NCBI RefSeq assembly: GCF_001194135.2
Contig: NC_068996.1
Span: 33,453,244 to 33,492,639 of the forward strand
Length of the DNA: 39,396 nt
Direction of reading: 5' to 3'
Origin: Octopus bimaculoides
Lineage: Eukaryota
Below are positions 1 to 12,949 of this stretch, in pieces. The position numbers and the translations under genes were made by a program. Numbering within the stretch: position 1 is the stretch's first letter; each line of letters begins with the position of its first letter. The notes under the pieces are model-generated. The model was not told the DNA's origin. It did not search any database and worked only from the letters and a program-made list of their open reading frames with translations.

Positions 1-160
1 ATACATACATACATGCAAACACACACATACATGCATATATACATACAGACACATACATACATATATACATATGCACACATACAGACATACATACACACAC
101 ACACATACACGCATACATACATACACACACACTGAGACACACGCATGCACAAAAAAAAAA
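1..160. repeat. Compound (CATA)/(CA)n microsatellite followed by an A-rich tract
   Basis: Directly visible simple repeat. Confidence 0.95.
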
Positions 161-2196
161 GAAAGAAAAGCAAAAACAGAATGCAACGTGAATAACGGAC
201 AGAGTCAAGACTATTGAAAAGGTTGCAAAACGCAACGAAAATTTTAGGAAAATAAAAATAAGAAATAAGTGGAAATTTTAACGGTGAGTGTGTTAAATTT
301 TAAGGCATGAAAAGAAAATGACTCTCCCCAGACACAACAGAATAGACTAATATTTCTCTAAGAAATATGAAATTCACTTGTACAAGAATATGCACAAGGT
401 AAAAATTCATATGTTACTTGGTACAAAGCAATAGAGAATAAACAGCATTATCAATACAATGACTACATGCCAATTTTGGACTCTAGAGGCCCTATTTAAC
501 TCAATTCAGTGCAAATTCTCATAGAAATATGTTTACTTAACAATTAATTTGTCCATTTCTTGAAATTCTAGATCAAAATCGATAATTGAAGCCTTGAATT
601 CCTCTTCCGTATGACCTCTCACAGAGTAGGAATCTGTCAGTAGCATCAATATATGTTAATCATATACAAAAAGCATCAGTATACCACTTTCATTTTACAC
701 TTTGCACTTTTTTGCCATACCTTGGCCAGAAGCAGTGATGTCCATGATTTAGTAAGAAGCTTTTCTTTCTTATGGTATAAATCATGTTCTTTTCTCAGTG
801 AAAATTAATAAAATTTTCACTTTTATATTTCGTAATGATTATCTGACCTACCCCCATCGAGTTTTATATCAAAATAAAGCTAAAATATTCATCTACATGT
901 ATATATAATTTTTAAGAAAACTTGAGCTATGGCGCTTGAATGGATTGAACATTGAATTAGAACAAGGGGTACCATTCATTAGGCAAAAGAAAAAGAGGAA
1001 AACTTTGTATATGCATGGAAATACCAAGGTGTTTGAGGGATTGCGACATGATATGTAACTGTTGGATTTTAATTAAAACTATATGAGAAGAAAGTTCACA
1101 TCCAAAGCTTTCAAATGATATATCATTTGCCATGGAAAAAATTAATTTTGAATTGAAGATGATGAAGCAAAAAATGTGTTTTGTGTTCAAATTGTGCTTG
1201 TATAGTGCTCTATAATGATACCGACATACACCCACACCTGCACCTATTTAATGTATGTATGTATGTATTTTTTATAGGTTTTAATCTTTTTCTTGTCAGT
1301 TAATTCATGTTATATATATATCTTTATAAGGTTTAAAGTTTGGTTGGTATCAAAAGAGTCTCTTGGTCATAAGTCATCAGTGTAATTGTAAATCAATAGC
1401 CCAACTATGGTAACATTTTGATTGTAAATGGAAGTTGCTACACTTATTCTTTTTTTTTAAGAATGAGTTTATGATACTAGAATGACAATGTTTCATTGGC
1501 TGAGTTCCTTTTTCATAATAGACTGATTGTGAATATATTTCCTTGCTATTGTAGCATGCATAGACTATCATTTTCATTTATTACATATACGACAGACTTC
1601 TTTTGATGATGTGTCAATAATATACTAAAACTGATTTAATCAACTATGTCCTTCTCTCAAATTGTTAGAAACCAATATCATTAGAAAAAACAATGCATTC
1701 ACCATTTATAACACATTCATGTGTAAGCAAACATGGAATAATGTTGCTGTAGGGCTTAGTCTTGGAGAACAACTCTTTAGAGACTTGTATTAAAAACACA
1801 TGCTCCAAATGTTGTCAATGGATTGACTGTCAGACACTAGTGTTTCAGTGCAATTTTGTATCTTTAGTAACAGATACCACTGTGGTGTCCCTATGAACTA
1901 ACAGAACTGTTAACACTCAACTGAAAATAACTGAAAACATTATGTAATTTAAATTAAATGATGTGTTGAATTATATTCACTTTATATTAAGAACAAATTA
2001 TTTCAAATCAACATGTAAAATTTCATCACTACTGCTGCCACACCACTGCCACCAAAATTGGTTTCTTTTAAATATACAGGAAAGTATCCTCTATTATTAC
2101 AATCAACTTCTTACCCACATCTTAAATTAAAACCAGACAATAGCAGAAGTATAATCCATAACAATTAATAGCCATTATTTATTTTTAGCTGGTACT

Positions 2197-2234
2197 TATT
2201 ATTATTATTATTATCATCATTAGTAGTAGTAGTA

Positions 2235-2282
<48 letters not shown>
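2197..2282. repeat. (TAT)n/(CAT)n/(TAG)n trinucleotide microsatellite
   Basis: Directly visible. Confidence 0.95.
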
Positions 2283-4012
2283 TAAATAGTATTTGATTCA
2301 TAAACATATTTCAAATGTCGAAGTGTTGATTAATCCAATTTTAAGATTTCACATGTTTGTCCATAAAGGACCAGCCACAAATGAAAACACTAAAGTCAAA
2401 AGATTTGGAAAAAGAAAAAACAAAAACAAAACAAATACATATGCTCCTTAATTTACAATGCAAGTTACATTATTCTGCATTAATATATTCATGACTATTT
2501 AAATTGCATTCTCTATTATCTTACAATGAAATTGCTGAAGAATGAAAACTAATACTGAGTGCAATGAAATGAAATAAAAGATAATGCTTAATTCAAACAA
2601 ATAGTTTTCTTAAAAAGAAATAAGTTTCAGTAGAGGTTATATTATTGCTTGTTGAATATTGCTTTATTGATTACATTTTCATCTTTTAGATCAAGAATAA
2701 CACCATAATTCTATTGCACATTTTATTTACCTTTATATTTTACAATTATTTATTTATGCTTTATATTTTATGAGCTATTTTATTAATAATACATGTAACT
2801 ATTAAGAATAGCCCATGCTACTGAACATTTAATTCCCCATAACTACTCAATCATCCCAAATCATTTTAAATTCATCCAAACAACACAAATTGTAAGAAAA
2901 TTAAGAAATATGACATCTGGCAGGATTGGAGAAAAAAAAGGTACAAAGATATTCAATCTTCTGTTATACTTGAAAAGTTGACTAGATAAATAAATACAAG
3001 AACAATCTAAATCCAGTAATTTGCAAATATTTATTTTATTGACACTTGTTGAATAAAAAATAAACCAGCATTAGAAGAATAAAACTAAATGCTGCAATGA
3101 TTTTAGTCATATGTTTTCTTGTCTCAGCCATCTCCCCAGTCACTTCTCCAAAGAGAAATGTTTCTGTAAAGTTATTAAAAGTAAAATTTAGTTTATAGGA
3201 GGGAAAATACATAAAGTGAAAGTACAGTACTTCAATTATATAGTTTTGAGTTCAAACCTAATGACTATAGCCTGACAAGGTCTATAATTGCTTGTCTTAT
3301 GATGTCAACTGGTTCCTTCAGAGTTAAGTGGCTAGTGATAACAAGAGCATCCATCTGTAAAGATATTTTCTATAATAGTAATAATAATTCTTACCTATCA
3401 ATGGAAAAGTATGGATGTACAACAGTAAAATATATAGGTGAACTTAAATTTATAAATAAACAGGTGGTTGAAATAAACTGTACACATGAGAATGAAAGAG
3501 TAAAAAAACAAAATGATTGATTTTACAAAATGTGAGAATATTTGTGGTAAAAAAAGAAAGATAACATATAAATTATAATTATAAATAAAGAATATTGTTT
3601 GGCATGGTTGAGAATACAAACATCAGAAGTTTTTATTTAAAGATAGCAAAAATCAATAACAAATTTGTACTTGTAGTCCAATAAGCATACATTGTGAAGT
3701 CTAGTGTAAAGTGTAAAAGCATGTTTCTATTTTTTACCCACTTGAACAAAATCTATTACTTTTACTGTTAGATGGGTTGATGTGTTTAGGATGACTGAAT
3801 AATAATACACTAATTACCACTTGCAAAGAATTATGGAGAAATGCAATACTAATATAAGAATATGGAACAGTTTTAAATGTTTAAGATAGACAGTAAAAAT
3901 TAGGAAGTAAGATAATGTAGAAGTTTTAAGAATAGCCTCAGGTAATGGGATACAGAAAATCTAAAGAAATAAGATGAAGAACATAGATTCAGAAAATATA
4001 TATCTTCTGATA

Positions 4013-4097
4013 GTATGCAGTCAAGATTTGATGAACTTTCTACATTTTGCCATCTGAAATATATCAGCCTTCTGTCCAAACCTGCAGTCTGATAAGA

Positions 4098-4145
<48 letters not shown>

Positions 4146-4183
4146 ATATGTATATACTTATATATATATACATGCATGTGCAT

Positions 4184-4219
<36 letters not shown>

Positions 4220-4304
4220 TCTTATCAGACTGCAGGTTTGGACAGAAGGCTGATATATTTCAGATGGCAAAATATAGAAAGTTCATCAAATCTTGACTGC
4301 AAAC
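4013..4304. mobile_element. Fold-back MITE-like element with long inverted arms and an internal (TG)n/(CA)n core
   Basis: 4009-4100 and 4217-4308 are reverse complements at 90/92 nt. (TG)n 4101-4144 faces (CA)n 4185-4216. TA dinucleotides at 4011-4012 and 4305-4306 fit a Tc1/mariner-type TSD. Confidence 0.75.
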
Positions 4305-5329
4305 TATCTATGGATTTTGAAATTCAAGCTGGAATAAGCTTGAAAATTTGGATAATGTCTTTGAATGCAATTGTTCTGGACCAAATATACATTCACCATC
4401 TACAACAGAGCTGCTTAGAAGCTTCAAGTGCTTATACAACTGCAAACAATCTGAATAAAAATGGAATGACCACCATTTTCAAAGCACAAGAATAAAATAT
4501 CATAGTCTAAAATAGTCTATTCTGGATGAATAACTTTCATAATGTCTATCTTGAGAAAATAGTCAAAGTAAAATTCTAAGAATCACTGCAGTTGATAAAA
4601 CTAAAGCTGTTAAAAAAATTTGCTATTAGAATTTACATCACAAGAGATAAGTTGTTGCGTCTACAGTGCTTTACGTAATGTATACTAGGCAACTCTTCAG
4701 ACCTTTGAGGTATGCTGTGAAAAACAATGCATTACAAGATATCTTTGCATTCACCAATTGGGATCTACAAGAATCTCATGGAAACCCTAGTTGGAATTAT
4801 CCTGATTTGGGAAAGAGAGGGCATGTCTTTGAATTTTAATTTATCATTTTAACCTAGATATTTCATATACTTGAATACTGACAGACTGATTCAATAAAAA
4901 TATTTCTAAATATATTTCCATTAATGAGACAAAGAATTCATATTGTTCTTGACAGAGACACAATTAGTATATGATGTAGTAACATCCTTTTACAAACAGC
5001 ATATCCTAGAAAAGGTAGAATTAACAATTGCTCTTATTGCAAAATTACTTTCAATTTGTTCATTCATTTTTGTGTCTGTTTTTTTTTTTTTCATGCTATC
5101 ACAAGTTAGATGAATATATTATTGAGGTATGTCTTATAGCTGGATGACCTCCCTGTTGCTAATATTTTATGTTTTTCAAGTAAGAGATCTCTTATTCCAT
5201 ATACTTTTGAATACACAAAGCTAATGGGTGACCTATTGTGACAACAGCATCACCGCTCTTAGACCACAACTTTTATATAAGTGAATGCAAACGTAAACAA
5301 ACATGCACATGCAAACACATACATTCACA

Positions 5330-5500
5330 CACACACACATGAATGTATGTATGTATTCACATTCACACACATACATAATGGGCTTCTTTCAAGGTTTTGG
5401 TCACCCCAGGACTAAAGTTGAAGATACCCAAGGTGCTGTGTCAGTGGAATGGAGGCTAAAACTATATGCAAACTTCTTAACCACACAGCAACCCTGCACT
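5330..5500 (-). mobile_element. Degenerate tRNA-derived SINE (same family as 36430-36835)
   Basis: The reverse complement resembles the 36430 copy (gctgtgtggttaagaag...ttggg(y)a..tcttc..cta..agaagccc). Confidence 0.6.
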
Positions 5501-5639
5501 TTTTAGTGACTGTTATATTTTATATTCAAGATCAGTGATTAGAGCTTTAACCATTTGAGCTTTTGTTTATCTTCAGAAAATTAAGAGTGTCATTACAAAT
5601 TACCTTCATTATCTAGTAGTTTACTTTGCAATAATACAA

Positions 5640-5750
5640 TTTCAGCTTCAATCCCACTAAGCTGCACCATGGATAAGTCTACTACCAAACCCTCAAGCTG
5701 AAAACATCATGAGTGAAATTTAGTAGAGAGAAACTGTGCAGAAGTTCACC
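5640..5750 (+). mobile_element. Degenerate fragment of the same tRNA-derived SINE
   Basis: ttcaatcccact...gtgaaatttagtagagagaaactg aligns by eye to 36480-36580. Confidence 0.5.
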
Positions 5751-7614
5751 AGAGAGGCCATTCCAATTCTTGAGTGGTAGATTCAAACCATTGCCAAATT
5801 CAACACCATGTCCTGGAACTTGAATGCATTTAACAGTGCCCTCTTTGTTGATAGCATTCAGGCCAGGTCTTCAGTCTTAGTATATTCTTTTACCTTTCTC
5901 CCTAAGTCTTGCAGGACCTGAAAGTGTCATAGGTACTGATCTTACTCATCTAAGGAACAATAAAAAAATTAATAAAATAAAAATAGTTTCATAAACTAAA
6001 TTGTTTATTGACCACCTTGATACTGAACTGTTCATAGTCTTTACTGGTTCAAAATTTAATAGGTTTCAAATCTTTTTCAGTTGTTTGCTTAATCAAACAT
6101 GTAAGGTAGGTTTGGTGGGTTTATGTGTGAATGTCTGAGTGTGCATGCTTACATAGGCAACTCTATAATATTAAAGATAGGAAAAGAATCCTAATGAAAA
6201 TCATTAAGCAAAATATGATTCATAGAGTCAATGCTTAATCCAATCAATAAAAGAAAAGTAAAAATATCTAAAAATAAAATTAAATTAAAATTTAAAAATC
6301 TGCATTTACTTACTACAAAGAAATTTGCATAATATCAGATATTTGAATAATGTGCTAAATAAAATTTATCAATATTTATAACATCATTATTACTATTATC
6401 ATTACTGTTACGTTTTTTTAAAAAATGTTACTACAACTACTGTTATTATCATTATCATCATAATATCATTAACAATTGTTTTTTTAATATTTAAAACAAA
6501 TAAATAATATATATCCCTCAGAAAAATAATATTGGTGCTTGTTATTGTATGCAAGGAGAGAAGAGGGGTAATAAATTAGCAGAAGAAGCAAAAAATATAA
6601 CAAAAATCTTCTAAAACTTCCACCAGCTTTAAAATATTCTTGTTTGAAAAATAATATATAAAATGATCGGGATAAAAAAAAAGAGACAAAAAATAATAAA
6701 TTCCATTCATTTACATTTAAAAGTTTTTTTATCCACATTACATTTTTTAAGGAATATTTAATGAATCTGGAAATTCCTGTCTGAGACAAAGAATGAAGTA
6801 TTGAATATACAGAATATATTTCTTTAATGTTATTCTTTTTACTATTACTGTCTGTCAACAATATTATCATCTTCAGTGTTGTCATTATTAATAAAACTAC
6901 TGCTTTCCCTTTTGTTTTACACACACACACACACAATTTTATTAAAAAAAAAAAAAAGAATTGATTTAAAATAATTCCTCAAATTATAATAATGCCAAGC
7001 AACTAGCGTTCTACTTAAATAGTCACAACAGTATGGGATAGACAATATTATTCTAGAAATGAAAGCACTGTGGCCCATAAGATGAAATAGGATTCACATT
7101 TCGGGAGACTGTGATTTCCTTGGACATATTTATATTTCTTTCTTAGAGTTTTCAATTAGATGTTCCATTAGTATGACCAACTTCAAACACACACACACAC
7201 AGACATTTTTTCTCATGAAACAGTATCTACACAATTTGGCTGATGAATTATTTTCTTCAGAATTATGTTTCATGCATACAAAGAAAAGAAAAATCAGAGA
7301 TATAAAAAGGAAGAAATACATGCATATATACATATATACACACAAACATACACACATGCACACACATACAAATTTATGCATGTATCTTTTATGCTTTACC
7401 TTGTTTACGATTGTGCTTTCAAACATACTCAAAGCATACATATCAATTATATGCATCTCTGGCTTGCCTATGCTATAAACATGACCATTAAGGTTGAGAA
7501 TACTTGTAATATACAAGAAGTTAAATTCTCATCATTAAGTATTTTTCTTATTCAATTTTAAAATAACTAAACTTGGATATTTTTTTCATTTAGAAAAACA
7601 ACCAAGAAAGTTTC

Positions 7615-7652
<38 letters not shown>

Positions 7653-8562
7653 TCATCTGATCCATGCAAACATGGTGAAGTAGATATTATATATAAATTT
7701 AAAATTTAGTGAGCTGAAAATGACTTCAGTTGGCTTTCATGGAATAAAAACACTGACAATAACAAATGATATTACAAAATAGCAAAGGAATGCACACCTC
7801 CCATTGGCTAGCAAGAGCCTCACATTGCTTATTTGTGACTTCAGGAATTGGTTAGCAAATATAAAAAAAAAGAAAAAGAAAAAGACTGTTGGTGAATTTT
7901 GAGGGCAGGGAAATGACTCTGGATTTTCAGAAACATAAAATTAACATACATACACACATAACTTAAGGTAATGAATGCATTCATATATACATGCAAGTAA
8001 ACACTTAATCTTTGCATGTACACTTGCACATACTCAAACAAAATGCACACAATGTAATTGTGTTAAACAATGTTATTGTTAAAGTTTCCATTCTATTATA
8101 ACCAACTGAAGGAACATTTTATCATTACATGGAAACTTAGAGTATCATTTGAATAGCTTTAGCTGGCTGAATTAAATTTATACTCTACATCTGGCATTGA
8201 ATACTTTTTCTTCAGTTCATTATCACTAACATGTTGATGTGTATGTATGAATAATGAATACATGTTAGTATATACAAACTCAAGATAAAAGTACTCAATA
8301 CAAGTTGCAAAATATAATAATTTATTATAAATTGCCAAAACTGTACAATTGTGACAGGAAGTTATAAGTATGCAGTTTATCTTAAAAAAACAAAACAAAA
8401 CAGCCCAGCAAACTCATTGGTTAATCAGAATAGATGAATAGTCTTTGTCAGGGATTACTAATCTTTGAAAGATCAACATAGATATAATTATAATCAAAAT
8501 AATATATTCCAAATTATTATACTATGTCTATGAATAATTTATACACATGCATGCGTGCACGT

Positions 8563-8615
<53 letters not shown>

Positions 8616-9639
8616 TAAATAAATATTAAGATTTTTTAAAAAGGAAAAATTATTTGTAGCTTTTCTGTTGATGTAATAAAGAAAGTAACTGTTCTTCTTT
8701 TTCCTTTGGTTTGACATTTTAAAATTAATTCTCAGCTGTGATGAAGAATATTTACAATGTGAAATGCAATGGGTTATTTCTGAGATAAGAAAAGCTGACA
8801 AATATTCCTCTATTGCAAACTTAGTGATTACCTACTTCAAATGAAAATTAAAGTTTCTGAATTTCAAACCCCAGTTATGTCAGCACAATACTGTGACTGA
8901 TAGGCATATGTATCTCTATTAACTCCAATACTAATGCTTACTATTAAAATAAAAGGAGTGTATCATTGTATCTTAGAAATACAAACAATCAGCTAGCTGA
9001 GAGATTAAGGAAAAAAACCTTATTGAAATATTAAAAGAATTAAATGTTGAAGATCTCAATGGATACCAAACTTAAAATAGCCAATTTTTTCAAGCATTAT
9101 CTTAAATTTAAAGACTAGCAAATACCATCGTTAGAGAAGGCCAAATGAAACACTTGAATAAATTAGCATAACAACAAATCACATAACACTAGTTTCAAAT
9201 AGCATTGTAAAGAATAGTGGAAATCATTTCATTACCTCATACAATAGACATGCTTTCAATAACACCTCAAATTATTACAACAATGTGTTAATAAATAAGG
9301 ATTTTAACTAAGAGACAAAATTAGAAAGCGCAAGAGAGAATCTTTAATCAAAATTGTATTAAAGTTAGTTATTTCACTACATCTTTATCTAATTTCAATA
9401 CTGAAAAACTTATAACTTCAACAATTTTTAAAGCAGCTACAAAATGTAATAGCTTCAATAGAATGACAATTGTTTAGCTATCTCCATATATATTATACTG
9501 ACAATTGTAAATGTATTATGTATTTTGTCCCATTCTTTAGCTATCTCCAATATATTATATTGCAAAAATTGTTCACAAATGAGTCAACCATAAAAATTGC
9601 AAGTTTACTAGTGAAATTGATATATATTAGATGCAAATA

Positions 9640-9760
9640 TACTTCTATTCCAGCCAGAAAATCAAACACAATTTTGTCCAAACATATTTGGGATTTGAAG
9701 GCCAGGAGCTTAAATGTTCACTTAAAAAAAGAAATTCTTAAATTACTAAAAACAAAAATC
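9640..9760 (+). mobile_element. Penelope-like element remnant (region C-terminal to the GIY-YIG motif)
   Basis: ORF 9470-9991 contains NTILSKHIWDLK...VHLKKEIL, resembling the T.LSK.IW.LK...W.I motif of PLE endonuclease tails. Confidence 0.45.
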
Positions 9761-11233
9761 AACAGAAGAATATATATTAGTTTTACATATTTTGGAAATA
9801 CACCATTCTGTTCAATGATGAAAACATCCTCATCCACAACTGAGATTTTGGGCCAGTACACGCCACTAATTTATTTTAAAATGTTTTTAAACCAACAGGA
9901 TACAAATTTCACTAAGCAGATACCTTTTTTTCACAACAAAGAAAAAGTTTTCCTTTTTTATCAGTCAATACATTACCATTGTTTTAATTAAATTTTCAAA
10001 TACTAAAGAATTTAGTAAAATTGCTGTTATTAAACTGAAGTTTGGAACATAAATTAACATGAAATGTCAATGGAAGGTTTTAATTTAGATCACTGTAAAT
10101 CAGAAAGTTTGTATCAAAAAGGATAATCATGTTTGCATTTATCTTTAAAAATTAGTAACCCCACCCCCTAATATCAGACATGTGCTGATTATTCTTTTAT
10201 TCTGACCAACCAGTGAGAAATGCTGGAATAATTTTCAACTATTTATAACATTTATTACCTGATGAGCTGAAAGGAGAAACTTTAGATCACAGTTGTACTG
10301 TTTCAGTTATTTATAATACACACATGTACATATGCATGTATGTGTATATACGCATGTGTGACTGTGAGTTTATGTGTGTGTTTCACTTGATATTTTGTTT
10401 CTTAGATTTTTAGTTTTGATGAAAAAAATTATTGGGGTGGGAGGTTTAAATATATATTTTGTTCAAAAATCAAAAACAAAAAAAAAAAAGCAGTTTATTG
10501 CTGTCTTAATGTTTAACTATATGTTACACAGCCTTGCAGAAAGGCTGACTGCTGTTGTGTTTCTTATGTTATTCCTATATATTTTTGCTGTGTTATTTAT
10601 TATGGTTATTATTAGCAATATAATACAAAGTCATGATGGTAGAAAAGACGAGAGGTTTATGTATTTTTCAAAAATGGTCAAAGTTTATAGGATAGATGGA
10701 TCTCCCATCTAAAGATTTGTAGTGCTGCCATCTGTAATGTTATATTCATTCCAGCATTTATCTTCAACATCCATCATTGCAAGATTCAATCTTTGTGAAA
10801 AGCTGAAAAGAAGTCAAAAAGAAAAACAAAAATACAGTACAGGAAACAAGAAAATACAGTACAAGAATCAAAAAGAAAAGAGAATCAGCATTATTTTAAA
10901 AGAGAATTAGCATTATTTAAAAACAAAAGATAAATGAGTTTATATCATCAGACAAGAAAGACAAAATTCAACAAATGAGAAAAGTAAAAATTAACAATTA
11001 GAAACAAATTTTAAGTAAAAACAAATTATCAAAGTAAAAAGATTATCAAATTAGCAAAGAACAAGAGCTACTTTTTGATAGCACTTTATTGAGAGGAATA
11101 TATAGAATGTAAACATGAGAAAGAAAATCTTTTGAAAATTTAACATGTTGGGTATAAATATCCAATAGCCAGATTTTCTATATACACCATTTTGAGCCTA
11201 GTTTTCTTTGGGTCACTGCTGTCTTATATAATA

Positions 11234-12386
11234 CAAGGGTGTACTGAAAAGTCCATAGGCTGACTATGAAGGAGTGATGCTAGAGCTGTGAAATCTTGCA
11301 ATGCATTAATCTCAACCCTTCTTATTGATAGCTGAATTTTTTTCTTTCCAGGTAAACTGAAATCTGACTGTTCAAATAAAACTTCAAATCTGACTAGTAG
11401 CGACTTTTCTTGAAAGTGGGCACAATTTGACATTATGGTGTTATCAGGTACTTGCAGGAAAACGGTTTAGCCCCCAGGGACATGCATGCTGACATGGTTG
11501 TTACATGCCACTTTAGTTTTATCAACAGTGCAACAATGGGCAGTTGAATTAAGGTGGGGAAGGGAGAGTCTTGAAGATGATCTAAAGTCTGGACATTCTG
11601 TGACTGCCACTACCAAGGAAAACATTGACCGTGTTCACAACATGGATGACAGGAAATTGACTATAAATCAAATAGCCAATGTTATTAGCATATCCTATGA
11701 GAAAGTTAAGAATATTCAGGACAATGAACATGGCATGACAAAAGTTTCTGCTCTTGGTGGATGTCACATTTTCCGACACCTAGCCAAAAGCACACCAGTC
11801 TGATCACATCATGGGGAAATCTAACATCGTTTGAAGCAGATCCAGCTGGTTTCCTTGAACATTTTCTAATGCAGGATGAGTGTTGGCTTCATCACTTTGA
11901 GCCTGAGACAAAGCAACAGTCCACACAATAGAAACATCCCTCCTCACCTGCTCCAAAAAAGGCTAGGGTTGTTTCATCTTCAGGGAAGGTGATGGCCCTA
12001 GGTTTTGGGAAGTAAAAGGCATTGTGTTTATTAACTATCTTCAAAAGGGCCAGGAAAACTGATGAAAGGAGTCTTGTTTCATCAACACACAAGTTCTTCA
12101 TTTTAGTGATTGTTGTGCATGATTGTGACTTTGATTTGGCCTCATCTGACTATCATCTGTTCCCCAATATGAGTAAACACTTGACTGGGAACCAGTATTG
12201 CAGTGATGTTGACATCATATCTGCTATTGATGACATTTTGAGTAACACGATGAAAGCTTCTTTACCAGTGGGATTCAAGCACTGTAACACTGATGGAAGA
12301 AGTGTGTGGATCACAAGTGAGTGTTGAAAAATAAACCTCATTTGGTCACATTGTGGCCAGCCTTTGACCTTTTTAGCCAACCCTTG
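11234..12386 (+). mobile_element. Mariner (DD34D-type) transposon, decayed copy 1
   Basis: TA-flanked, with degenerate TIRs caagggtgtactgaaaagtc / gacctttttagccaacccttg. Translated pieces: TVQQWAVELRWGRESLEDD..SGH..TATTKENIDRVH, QDECWLHHFEPETKQQS, DLASSDYHLFPNM. Contains frameshifts and deletions. Confidence 0.92.
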
Positions 12387-12949
12387 TATTGATTATTCAA
12401 TATTAGTTTTCTTTGGGGCACTGCTGCCTTATATAATAATAATTACTCAACTTTTAATTCCTTTTACTCCACCTTTTTGGATATAAAAAAACCCCTTTTC
12501 TAACAACTACAAAAAACACCAAAACTCAAAAGAAAACTGTATTCTGAAGATTTATAGATTTAGGGTGAACTTGTAAGTTCACAAATTTTTTTAGTTCTTT
12601 TAAAATTTGAATTTTCAACTGTTAGGATATAACAAATCCTCATCTAGACCTGATCCCAATGCTGGGTGATCAAGAACCAAATGAAGGGCAGATTTTCAAT
12701 CCTGGGATTATCCTAATTCCAAAAAGGTACATGTCTATGTAGAGCAAATGTAGACTGAAATACAGGGGTCTCAGATGGACAGACAGAATTTCGCATTTAT
12801 TATTATGGATTACTATTGCATTATTGTTAAGATAACAAATGGCATCATATAGCTTTCTCTAGTGTGTTTCAAGATTTTGAAATAGGCATAAATTGGTGCT
12901 GATGATGAAATATTACTGTTTTAATTATACTGAGAATCATTTTTAGATA

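Noticed and set aside
917-1056. Plus-strand open stretch KLELWRLNGLNIELEQGVPFIRQKKKRKTLYMHGNTKVF, vaguely like an SF3 helicase Walker A lead-in
   Set aside because: There is no GxxxxGK[ST], no Walker B and no other viral motif; it is short and bounded by stops.
4021-4296. ORFs rich in CVCVCV/HTHTHT (also near 5303, 7130-7561, 8517 and 18751-18965)
   Set aside because: They are translations of (TG)n/(CA)n microsatellites.
4310-4870. Possible very old LINE or DNA-transposon coding remnant
   Set aside because: No motif could be assigned with confidence in any frame.
5750-5955. Strong minus-strand acceptor followed by open stretches (NAINKEGTVKCIQVPGHG...)
   Set aside because: Frames close soon after the acceptor, no consistent exon chain can be built, and the peptide is not recognised.
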